The notes beneath the pieces are model-generated. The model searched no databases, was not told the DNA's origin, and saw only the letters and a program-made list of their open reading frames with translations. A DNA stretch of 37,335 nt from Polymyxa betae A26-41. Its lineage: Eukaryota; Protista; Endomyxa: Phytomyxea. The position numbers and the translations under genes are program-made. Shown here in pieces: positions 1-10,122 of this stretch. The stretch's first letter is position 1. Every line of letters begins with the position of its first letter. Location: positions 1-37,335 of the forward strand of contig RBZT01000572.1 in assembly GCA_003693705.1 (NCBI GenBank), read 5' to 3'.

Positions 1-258
1 TGCAGCAGTAAGACTGCATGCACAATAATACAGTCACTTTGGAGAACCGAACTGAGAATAGCTCAGTTCGGTTAACGCCGTTTTTGAATCAACTTCTTGG
101 TCTCGTTGCGTTGTAGTTTTAGTTCCTCGTCGTTGTCTTCCTGTCGTTCTTCCTGTTCTTCGTTCTCCTCTTATTATTCTTCTACCTCTTCTTAGACTTC
201 TACTTAATTCCTAATTATATCTTCTATAGTTTATTCGTTATAGAGTTGGTTCTTGACA
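1..258. repeat. LTR family A, partial copy cut by the window edge
   Basis: Nearly identical to ~1164-1424; ends ...GGTTCTTGACA. Confidence 0.8.
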
Positions 259-275
259 ATAATGTCAGGAGGCGC

Positions 276-1111
276 TGTTTGAACCTGTCAAACAGAGACT
301 GTCGCGTGCCACTGGACGTGTGGCAACGATCATAGTTACGATACGTTTATGTTACTAAATCAGTCATGTATTGTGTCCCCAACCACGACATGTACTCATG
401 GCAGTAGAATTGCTTGTACAACCCTACGCAGTTTACGTTACCAAGCTGCGGTATTTCTACAGGTTATGGGCCCAGCCCACGGGGCCGGGTCGACTCAACG
501 ATCAGAGTCACGGTGAAAGTCAAGTTGAGGTCTCAGGCTGTTGGGGATGACGGATGGTCAGGGAGAGACGCTCGTAAAATTCTGGTTAACTGTCAAGAAC
601 GTCGCCGAGGTTTGACGATGGCGCTGACATACGGAGTTCACGGCAATGGGGTTAATTTCCAAGGCCGCACGGAAGCGGCGGGAGCTGCGGATCCATCACG
701 GAAGATGGAGCAGCAGGATCGAGGGCAACGGTTCGCCAAGGATCCAGGGAAACGAAAACCGGGATTGACCGGAAAACCCGGGACGATGCGCGCAGAGAGG
801 CGATTGCGAGTTGAAGACAAATTGCTCCAAATGATGAAGGTCCTGTAAGGGAGAAGTCAGGCAGGAGCACGACGACGAGAAGAACGGGGGGAGCAGATCG
901 CGACAGGTCCTCAGTTTGGGCGGGAGTGTTAGAACCTGTCAAACAGAGACTGTCGCGTGCCACTGGACGTGTGGCATGATCATAGTTACGTTACGTTTAT
1001 GTTACTAAATTAGTCATGTATTGTGTCCCCAACCACGTCATGTACTCATGGCAGTAGAATTGCTTGTACAACCCTACGCAGTTTACGTTACCATGCTGCC
1101 GTATTTCTACA
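276..1111 (+). mobile_element. TRIM / non-autonomous Copia-type LTR retroelement, 836 bp
   Basis: LTRs 276-461 and 927-1111 (TGTT(T/A)GAACC...TTTCTACA, few differences). 5-bp TSD GGCGC at 271-275 and 1112-1116, PBS at 462-475, purine tract GGGCGGGAG at 918-926. No recognisable pol inside. Confidence 0.9.
462..475 (+). promoter_or_regulatory. Primer-binding site, copia/hemivirus type (internal region of initiator tRNA-Met)
   Basis: GGTTATGGGCCCAG directly abuts the 5' LTR CA; this is the motif known from the Drosophila copia PBS. Confidence 0.8.
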
Positions 1112-2029
1112 GGCGCGACCCCGACCCGCCCTAATGTTACCAAAATGTAGTTTGGCGATAGTTTGCAGCAGTAAGACTGCATGCACAATAATACAGTCAC
1201 TTTGGAGAACCGAACTGAGCTATTAGTTCGGTTAACGCCGTATTTGAATCAAATTCTTCGTCTCGTTTCGTTGTATTTTAGTTCCTCGTCGTCGTCTTCC
1301 TGTCGTTCTTCCTGTTCTTCGTTCTTCGTTCTCCTCTTATTATTCTTCTACCTCTTCTTAGACTTCTACTTAATTCCTAATTATATCTTCTATAGTATAT
1401 TCGTTATAGAGTTGGTTCTTGACATTCCATCAGCACCCCATCTAGATAGCAAATCAGCCCAATGATTACCTTCTCCGGAGATATATATGATGAATTAGAG
1501 CAAGGGCACCGGGCGCAATTATCATTATCTATTAAATTTTATAATATAAATTTAAGGATTTGTGCGAGGTTTTCCACCGCATCAGAATTTTTAAAGCTGG
1601 ATCAATTTAGACGGTGGTTTTCCTATTTGGGAAATGAAAGCAGCAACGACAGCGACAGCCACGATGACCTACTGCTGCTTATGTTTGATGAGTCCGGCAG
1701 TGAAGAGACCCTCGATGAAGAAATCTGCTATCAACCTGGTCGGAAAGATCGTAAAAGGGAGCTATAATTTTCGATTGACAAGAATTTCTTGACATCAAGT
1801 TGTTTGCCCTTTTTTACGAGCCGCGACATCGACGACATCGGTCGGCTGCATATAATGCTACCAATCAAACCGACTATCAGATTTGATACGCAGTTTAAAA
1901 ATTCATTAAAATTTAATGCGTGGGATACGTTTTGATGGTTCCCGGTGGAAGACGAAATCATTAAATTTATCATTACTTTTAATGATAGTGATAAAGATAA
2001 TTGCGTGCGGTGCACATAGATAATTATAA

Positions 2030-2890
2030 TCCCGTATTTCAACCCCCAACGAATCAACATTTCTGCTGATTGCTTAGCACACTTCAAAGGATTGTACATA
2101 TGCAGTAAATTCCTATGATCCGTATATAAATGGAAAGGTGAAGGCATATGTTGAAGGTAAGATCTTCAGAGTATCGATAATCGCAAAAGCCTCTTTATCA
2201 ATAGTCGCCCAATCTAGTTCAGACCCATTGAATCGGTGGCCAACAAAGCCAAGAGGCTGATGTCTTTGTTGACGAATGGGTTTATTGATATCTTCAGGTG
2301 GAATCTGAGAAACCACTCCTGAACTAGCATGATGACTGGCGTCAAAAGACACATTGAACTATCTGATCGCTAGGATAAGCTAACTTAACAGGATTTGTAA
2401 TAGCATTTTTTTAATTCATTATATTAAAGCCTTTGTATGAATTCCATTCCAACCAAATCGCTGCAAGTCAACACGACTTGCGGCGTTTTTAGTTCGGCGT
2501 AATTACGATTTCATTGCATCTTCCAGTATATCTTGTAAAGATATAACTTTCTTATTATATTTTAAGATGGAACGAGCCATCCATTGTGATGCCATTAGAA
2601 TTTGCTGCAATTCATCAGCTTTTCTAGGAATTGGCATTTCAGTTAACGCAGCAATCCTCCGAGGATCGTGTCTCACACCCGCTGGACCAAATATTCGTCC
2701 TCAAAATTTCACCTCTTTCAAGAAAAGATGACATTTTTCGATATTGAATTTAAGATTAAAACTATCAGCTAATTCCAAAGTCCGATCAAGAATTGTGAAC
2801 CAAGTTTTCTCTTCATCTGCATACCCTAATTAATCATCAATCCAGATGATAAGAGATGTATATAACAAAGTTGCAAAGATTTCAGCCATA
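2030..2890 (-). pseudogene. Ty3/Gypsy pol remnant: C-terminal half of RT plus RNase H
   Basis: LIIWIDD* (YxDD-equivalent) at ~2825-2855; FDAS..SSGVVSQ; PLGFVGHRF...WATIDKEAFAI; FHLYTDHRNL. Stops and frameshifts present. Confidence 0.9.
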
Positions 2891-3101
2891 TGTATGGAAT
2901 TCGACAACGGCAACACTGTGACATTGCACATAATTAATTCGGTAATTCCGTCACGCAGATTTTTTTTGTACGGTACGAAGCTCATAGGATAGGTATTGAT
3001 ACCGTCGCGGACATCTTAACTGTCATAGATTACTAAGGGAGTAACTTGATTAAACAAGGCTTGCCCGGATACCCCTTCTGTCAATATCAAAGGCCGTTTT
3101 C

Positions 3102-3820
3102 TGTCATGCTCTACGAGCATGGACACGAAGCCCCTGGAACCCTCCAACGGGCGCGGCCTCCAACGGCGCCTCCAGCCCCTCGGGCCCACGCAGTTGCGCA
3201 CCCCCTCGCACCCCGCGCATTACGATCAACGCCTTCCTGATCGTCTTCGACTCCTACCTCCTCTCTCCCTCTTCCCCTCGACATTGTCTCCGTCTTCCGG
3301 ACCTCCTCCTGGCTCTCACGCCATCGCCTGGCTCCAGTCCAGCGCCCGGTCCCAGTCCTGTCATGCCCAGTCATGACATCAGGACGGCGCGGCCTCCGGG
3401 ACTATAATCTGCGACCGCGCTTCGGAAGGTTCCAGGACCCGAACGAGTTGTAGTGGAAGGAGCGGCCGGAATGTTCCAACCGCCGTAGGGTTTAGCCACG
3501 CGGAATGGGAGGTTTTCCCATTCCGGTTGTAGGAATACATTACCGATCTTGTTCTACCTCTCACATTACGACCTCAGTCTTCGTCGCTCTGACAAGTCCC
3601 GCGTCCCCGTTTCTCCTATTTCCGACCCAACGTCTCCGTCCCTTCTGCTCACGCTCCGCAAGCCGTCAACTATACTCGTCCCGACTACTCGCCCCGACAT
3701 CACCACTGCCCCGTCGCCTTACCTTCCTTATTTCGGTTCCATTGTTTGTTGAGTCAATAAAGCACAGTTTTCTTTAGTTAATTCGCATTGGTATCAGGAC
3801 TTCTTTCCCTCGTCCTAACA
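3102..3820. mobile_element. Solo LTR (family C-like)
   Basis: TGTCATGCTCTACGA...CGTCCTAACA, termini shared with 6785-7336; flanks TTTTC/TTTTG (4/5 TSD). Confidence 0.7.
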
Positions 3821-4169
3821 TTTTGGAATTGCTCTCGTCGAGAGGAACAAACAAAAAACGGCCCCGGTTTTCAAAATTTCGAAATTTTCGCGCAGTTTTA
3901 ATGGTTTTTAGTTGTAAGGAGATCGTCGGATTGCACCAATAGGGGCACATTTAGGTTTTCCACCGAAAAAATAAAGTGCACAGGTGTAAGGCAGAAATAT
4001 GCGCAGTCAGAAAAGTCCGTTGACAGCGCATTTCATTTTTGACATGGTACAAATCATCCACGTGCGGTGCGGCTTACTTAAATCGTTTGGCATGCCACGA
4101 AAACGAAAGCGTTTCGCTCACCTGGTTCGAATGAACGTGGCAAGGACCATCAGGGCTTCTGTGGTCTTT

Positions 4170-4360
4170 GAGGGCGGCGTCTGCTGCTATTATTGCGAAT
4201 TTGATTTCATTGCAATGTTTTGGGGTGCTGTTAAACTCTACACACGTTTGCATTGCAATTATTCTTTTAACGGTTTTGTCAAAAATTACCCTTTGCTTTA
4301 TCTTCTGTTTCCATCATCCAGATTCGCCGATTTGCTCGAAAATGCTTTAGGTTGGAAATT
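4170..4360 (+). pseudogene. IS630/Tc1-like (DDE_3) transposase C-terminal fragment
   Basis: YCEFDFIAMFWGAVKLYTRLHCNYSF resembles the HCELNFIE.xWGxAKxYxRxxC motif of fungal/protist Tc1-like elements. Confidence 0.6.
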
Positions 4361-4658
4361 TTTGGCATAATGATATTTGTTTGCTTAACTGTTCATAACT
4401 TTTGATTTATAGATGCACATTGGGGAGAAAATGCCGAGTTTAACAGTTAAAGAGATGGAGCGTACTGTCCGCAAGCTCAAAAGTCACCCAACGAATCCGT
4501 TGTGGTGATATACGGAGAACATATGGATAAAAAAACCGGGATTTTGCGATCGCAAATTTAATGCGCACTCACGCAAAATACTTTTTTGCGCACGCACGTT
4601 TGGATTCAGTTTGCACCATCCCGTCGGGTTATGACAGTTAAGAGGTCCCCGACGGTAC

Positions 4659-4973
4659 TGAGAAGTTGACTGATTCTGGGAAGGCTCAGTGCGGCTCGGC
4701 TGCGGCATACTCTCTGTCGCAGAGTCCGGACTTTGATTGTCCGCCGAACCGTTCGCGCTCCCGCTTGCCCGAGATGATGCAGAACGAGCGTTCGCCATCC
4801 AGCTAGGTACTCAGAACTCAGAGGTCAACGATAAGTGGTCAAAACAAAAGTGAGTTTAGTATCATAGATCATCTGGTACTCCAGGGCCGGTCACGTGCTC
4901 GCCCGCACGCGACCGCCGGCATCATGTGGAGGCCGGTCAGTGGGAGGTCGCACGCGCCCCACCATCTTCAACA
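4659..4973. mobile_element. Probable solo LTR, 315 bp
   Basis: TGAGAAG...TCTTCAACA flanked by a perfect 5-bp direct repeat GGTAC (4654-4658, 4974-4978). Confidence 0.5.
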
Positions 4974-5112
4974 GGTACTGTGACTGGCAAGACCAGACCA
5001 ACGAAAAAGTATCATACAGTCGCTTGCCCAAGATTTGGGGATCGATATCTCCCTGCGAACGCAACAGAGGTGGAACAGCTCTCCAGGTAGCGAACCTTTT
5101 TCCGCTTACAAG

Positions 5113-5918
5113 CAGGGATGCCTAAGAAATAATTCATGACTAAGAGTAATTCCTAATGACCCATTAGCTGATTAGCATCATTTATTCCGGGTAGAAGGTG
5201 GGAGGAAAAAATTAGAATATTTATTCCTTTGTGGGGATAATTCTCAAAGATTTTGGGAATAATTCCTATTTATTCCAAGTTAGAATGCATAATCTCAATA
5301 TTCCAGGGCAACCCTGCGTCCATCGGTCAAGCACCATTGCAAACTGATCCAGAAGCGTCGTTTTGATTTCCCTCAACTAAAAAGGTCAGTTTGGCCATAC
5401 TTTCTTTCAAGGAATCAACTGAAACTTGTTCAAGTTTGCTTAATAACCTAGGGTTTTCTTTTTCCCAAGAGTTGAAGGGATGCAAGTTTTCCACTTGATG
5501 CTTGTGAAGATGTTCTCGCCTGCTCAATAGTAACCGGGTGATGCCTGCTGATATGGTCCAGCAGGTTTGGTCATCCTCGGTTTTGCTTGCGGGACATCCC
5601 ACAGTGACAGTCTGACAGGTCCAGACGTGGTCCTCGCCATCCACAAAAGTTTTTGCAACAAGCTCCTTACTATCAACTCGGGCCATCTCTCCTTCAGCGG
5701 TCGTCGTTTTGCCAATAAAAAGCAGCCGCGGTGCCCGCTACGACTTTCGCATTTATAATTGGAGTATATCTAGGAATATATTCCCTATTCCGGAATAAAT
5801 AACGCCATGACAGACTAGAATAGGAATAATTTATTTCTGCGGCGGTCACATTAGGAATAGTATATTTTATTTATTCACCTGAAAGAATAAATAAATAATT
5901 TTTATTCCGGAATCCCTG
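5113..5918 (-). mobile_element. hAT deletion derivative retaining the BED-finger / N-terminal transposase fragment
   Basis: TIRs CAGGGATGCC / GGAATCCCTG; 8-bp repeat CTTACAAG at 5105-5112 and 5921-5928; AT-rich GGAATA subterminal repeats. Minus strand reads WTCQ..CG.SRKQ..NLLDHISRHHP and LDQFAMVLDRWT. Confidence 0.75.
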
Positions 5919-6202
5919 GACTTACAAGAGCAAACGTTTCTGAGTCTTTCTTTATCTTCGGGCGCAGCACACTCTGATTGAACCTTTGCTAAACCAAATT
6001 TGAAATTTAATGAAATTTAACTCGTTCTGATCGAAGGTAATTTTAAGAGCTTATGCTTTCAGTTTTAATAGCGGGTTCGACGACAGAACATGATCGAAAG
6101 TCACTCTCTCGAAGTAGTGTGTTCCGCTCCCCTTTACAAAATTCTGCGAGACGGAATTTATTATGTGCATGTCACTGTATTGCGGTTCTCGTATTCCGTA
6201 CA

Positions 6203-6711
6203 TACGAGCCTGAAAATGCGTTGCGGAGTTCAAAGCTCCTTGAATGGATCGGGTTGGCGTGAATACAGCCCTATCAGTCATAAAGAAGAATATTTCTAGA
6301 CATTGTTTATTTAAAGGCATAATTACAAAATTCTTTAAATGCGTCAAGAATAAACCATATTTTGGCTTTGGATAAATATTGAACTATCGATTCGAGTAAA
6401 GGCATCGGCCAAGTGTGGGCTCACATTGAGCATTCACAGCTCCAAGATCAACTACCATTCTATAGCCTTTCTCTTTTCTCACTACTTGAATAGGACTCGC
6501 CCATTCAGAGTTATAATTCTCATAAATAAGACCAAATGTTACCAGAGAATCAGTAAAAAACCTTTCAAAAATTCACTTTGATCCTTAGTATATAATCGTG
6601 CTTTACAACGAACGGATTTAGCGTCAGGTTTCAGATGAGTCATAAACGGAGTGACAGATGCTGTAGCACCAGGCGCCCTAACTTCAATTGAAAGACATTC
6701 TTTCGATGTAT
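6203..6711 (-). pseudogene. Ty3/Gypsy RT N-terminal half (same element as 2030-2890; probably continues 7724-7919)
   Basis: EWASPIQVV..GYRMVVDL; FFMTDRAVFTPTRSIQGALNSATHFQARM. Confidence 0.85.
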
Positions 6712-7723
6712 TGTTATGATCGAGTAAAAGGTCCCCTTTTATTGGTTAGATAAGCGGTGCGATGACTCGGGAGCGAAGGGTAGGTGTCATGCTCTACGAC
6801 CATAGACACCCAGCCGCTACCACAGACGGAGTCCCCCACGCAGTTCCGCTCCGAGTCGGAGGCCGGACTCCAGTGTGATCAACACCTTCCGTCCTCGACG
6901 TCGTGCTCGTCCTCTCTCATCGTCTGTTCGTCCCCAAGATCGTCCTCACCCTGCAGGCCCCTTCCGGCCAATCCTTCGTCCCCTCCAACGTCGCCAGTCA
7001 TTCCATCGCCACGCTCCTCGTACCCAGTGCTAAGCCCAGTGCCGTTCCTTATCTGCCTTGCCCTACCTCCGCATTCCGTGTACCCGTCGTTCCCGCCTGT
7101 GGTCTGTTGTCCTACACCGCCCCCGACGACCAGCCCCGGCATCACTCCCGTCCCACCTATCTGCGTCCCGCCTTAACGTTCACCTCGACGACTTACTGCA
7201 CTCTCCGATCCCCATACCATCTGCCCTGCTTCCTTGCCATTCTTCTTTCAATTATATTGTTGTGTTAATTTCATAAATATTGTTAATTTAGTCTAGTTCT
7301 GAACTTTTATCACGGTTAATCCTCCCCGTCCTTACAGTAGGACGCGGGGGACCGGTGTCCTGCAACGAAGCGACGTCAGGGAGTCCTCGGAGGCGGGGCA
7401 CGGAGTGGAGCGGAGAGAGGATCGGAGTGGAGCGTAGGAAGGACGGAGCGGTGCCGGTGAGACGGAGGCGGAGCGGAGATGAAAGGTCGGAGGGAAGTCG
7501 GAGGTGAGGCGAGGCGAGGGAACGAAGCAATAGAGAGTCGGAGACGAGATGAGAATCGTATGAGTTGAACGGAATGGCTGCGTGGAGGCCGCTCCTCTCC
7601 ATTCATAGTTGGGAGACGAGGGGACCCGCGCAGTCCGTGACAGTTAGGGCTCTTCGGAACAGTTCCTGAATTCGGTTTCGAAACGTCAATAAGATTATTT
7701 CGTCATGCTCAATGGGCATGACA
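6712..7723. mobile_element. Solo LTR family B, copy 1 (interrupted by LTR 6785-7336)
   Basis: TGTTATGATCGAGTAAAAGG...GGGCATGACA; flanks TGTAT/TGAAT; homologous to 15843-16223 and 18584-19137. Confidence 0.8.
6785..7336. mobile_element. Solo LTR family C, 552 bp, nested in LTR B
   Basis: TGTCATGCTC...CCTTACA with perfect TSD GTAGG (6780-6784, 7337-7341); absent from the other LTR-B copies. Confidence 0.9.
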
Positions 7724-7919
7724 TGAATCAGAAGACAAAACATGTGCAGCTTCTGCTCATACTCATGGCTCAAGCCATTTTGGAAGGCTTCTTTTACTTG
7801 ATTAACCAGACAAGAATATAATTCTGATTCAATATCATGCCCGATACCAGGATGTATTGAAGAATATTCAGTAACAAAGTTATCATTACAAGAATTTAAT
7901 CGTAGTAGACGATTGCAGT

Positions 7920-8033
7920 TGTTTTAGAAGTGGTTTAATATCAGTTCCTCACTCTGGACTGGTAACAGAGATCACATGTCATGCATGACGTCATCGTATT
8001 CGTCAGTGACGTCACGACCGCTCTCCAAAACCA
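7920..8033 (-). repeat. Probable short 3' LTR of the Copia element
   Basis: Imperfect inverted termini TGTTTTAGAAG / CTCTCCAAAACCA, directly downstream of Copia RNase H; G-rich tract precedes it on the minus strand. Confidence 0.5.
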
Positions 8034-8049
8034 GCCGCCCTGACCGGAG

Positions 8050-9660
8050 TGATCTTCAAAACCGATCGCACGCATGCCGGACCGTTCCATCATCACATCA
8101 AGACTCAACTTCGTCGGCGCCTTTGTTAAAGCATTAGATGGATTGTCTTTGCTCGCAACAGCCTCCAGACGCAGGAACCCTTCCCGAATGCACTCTCGCA
8201 CTCAATGGTACTTCATTCGGATATGCTTGTTCGCGTCCGAAACGCCAACAGTCTCAGCCGTCCACTTCACCGCCGCGTTGTCCTCGAACACAACACTCGG
8301 CCCGGATAATAGCATGCCGATCTCTTTCAGTAGCATTATTAGCCATACGATCTGGCGTGAGCATTCGAACGCCGCAATATATTCCGCATGACATGTTGAC
8401 GTGGCCACCAGACTTTGCAGTTTCGACCGCCACGACACCGCCGTACCGAAGAGAGTCACGATCATACCACCGACGGATTTTGACGTATCAGGATCATTTG
8501 CGAAATCCGAATCCATTGACCCGCTTGGCTGACTGAGCTCCTTGCCGTTCAATGCCTCCGGATCGAACTGCACAACAGCTTTCCGCTTCTCGGAGACCAA
8601 TCCAACGTGTTGATGCCGACTGAGATACCGTAAGACATGAACCGCGGCCTCCCAGTCCTTCTGCGAAGGTCGCGCCACAAATCTCGACAAAAGGCTCACA
8701 ACGAACGTAATATCGATCCGAGTCCCGATCGACAAATGGCCCATCGATCCCAATAGTTTTCGAAACGGAAGTTGTACCACCGGGTCGTTGGCACTCGCAC
8801 GCCGCAAGTCGAACTTGGTCGGCAATGGCACCATTGGTCCTCGTCTACATCCTGTCGTCTTCCGGAGGTACTTCCGAAAGCGTGCCAATACATCACGTAG
8901 ATATCGTGTCTGGTCCAGAGTGTATGCCTTTATCAGTTTGTAGTAGCCGCATCCCCAAAACCCATCTCGCAAGCCCAAGATCTTCAGTCTTCAATCTGGG
9001 TCCCAGCATGGTCTTCACCTCATTCACCATCGAGTTCTCAGTCCCGAACAGAAGAAAGTCGTCCACGAATACGCCCAATATTACGCTATGGAGTCCATGA
9101 TGAAGTACATAGAGACAGGGATCTCCAGTGGTCTGAACAAACACAAAATCCACCAGCGTCTTGTTCAATGTCTCATACCACAACCGCGGCGCCTCGACCA
9201 GACCATATCGCGCTCTCTTCAAACGCCAGACCTTCTTGATCGGATCGCCCTTCTCGAGCCCCGATGGCTGCTCCACGAAAACTGATGTTTTCAGAACACC
9301 ATTCAGAAAACGCCGTCTTGACGTCGAGCTGGTGTATGTCCATGCCCATCATAGTTGCGAGCGCGATCAGCACCCTCAATGTCGCATACCTTAGTGTTGG
9401 AGCGAAAGTATCTTTCAGAGCCTTCCATGGGTCACAGCACCCCAGCGGCACGAACCGCGCCTTGTAACGAACGCACATGCCCTTTTCGTCGCGTTTCGTC
9501 TTGTTCACGAACTTGCTAGGAAGCACGGCAGCATCAGAAGGCCTGTCCACAAAGTCCGCGATGTCCTCTTCGATTCAGCGCCTGGAACTCCTCCTGTTCT
9601 GCTTTATGACACTCCGCGCGTTCAGGACTGGACCGCGCCTCTAACTCCGACTTCGGGTCG
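8050..9660 (-). pseudogene. Ty1/Copia pol remnant (RVT_2 RT plus RNase H)
   Basis: YKARFVPLG, QLDVKTAF, LKRARYGLVEAPRLW, VFVDD, DSDFANDPDTSKSVGG, SKLQSLVATSTCHAEY, FEDN, KHIRMKYH; frameshifted. Confidence 0.95.
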
Positions 9661-10122
9661 CATCTCGATTCAGAGGCTCCACCCGTCAGCAATGCGAACA
9701 GTCCGTCGTCCGCTCCGCCGGCCGAACACAGACATGTCCATCCGTCGTGTGATTCCTGGGCATCGTTGAAGACATTCTCGCTGACATCATTCGCGCTGTT
9801 TTCGTCATGATCAGAGCCAGGCTCCGAACCTTAGGCGATCTCGTTGTCGACGTTCTCGTCGACCGGCATGCATGCATCTCTCTCCTCGCGCTTAACTCCA
9901 CTTTACGCACCGTCACCGTCGTTAAAACGGTCGTGGTTGAAGGTTGATCCGCTTTGCTGGCGGTTCCCTCGAGCGCTGTGCCGCCCTGTTGACGACGCCC
10001 GTTAGCCCGAACACGACGGCGCGCGTCCCGAGCTAAACCATTGTAATCGTTATCCACGAAACGTTCTGGTGAATGATGAATCCTGTAGCAGATCAACGGG
10101 TTCAGATCTTTGTGATTTGCGG

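Larger units (their letters stand above)
263..1424. mobile_element. LTR family A, second copy (~320 bp once the TRIM is removed)
   Basis: Begins TGTCAGGA (263) and ends TCTTGACA (1424), imperfect inverted TG..CA termini. Interrupted after 13 bp by the 276-1111 element. Confidence 0.75.
2891..6202. mobile_element. TIR DNA transposon with TA TSD (IS630/Tc1/mariner-like), inserted in Gypsy RT and carrying nested insertions
   Basis: ~60-bp imperfect TIRs (TGTATGGAATTCGACAACGGCAACACTGTGAC.. / ..GTCACTGTATTGCGGTTCTCGTATTCCGTACA). TA at 2889-2890 and 6203-6204. Removing it restores the RT reading HFQARM|AEIFATLLY. Confidence 0.8.

Noticed and set aside
414-848. 144-aa ORF in the TRIM
   Set aside because: Starts at a non-ATG codon within the LTR; no gag or pol motifs.
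1462-1767. 101-aa acidic ORF
   Set aside because: No recognisable domain; cannot be assigned.
3789-3799. TGGTATCAGGA resembling a tRNA-Met PBS
   Set aside because: Lies inside the solo LTR about 20 bp before its end, not immediately after an LTR terminus.
6784-7606. Several Pro/Ser-rich ORFs (also at 3016-3777 and 15870-16257)
   Set aside because: They lie within GC-skewed solo LTRs and show no domain motifs.
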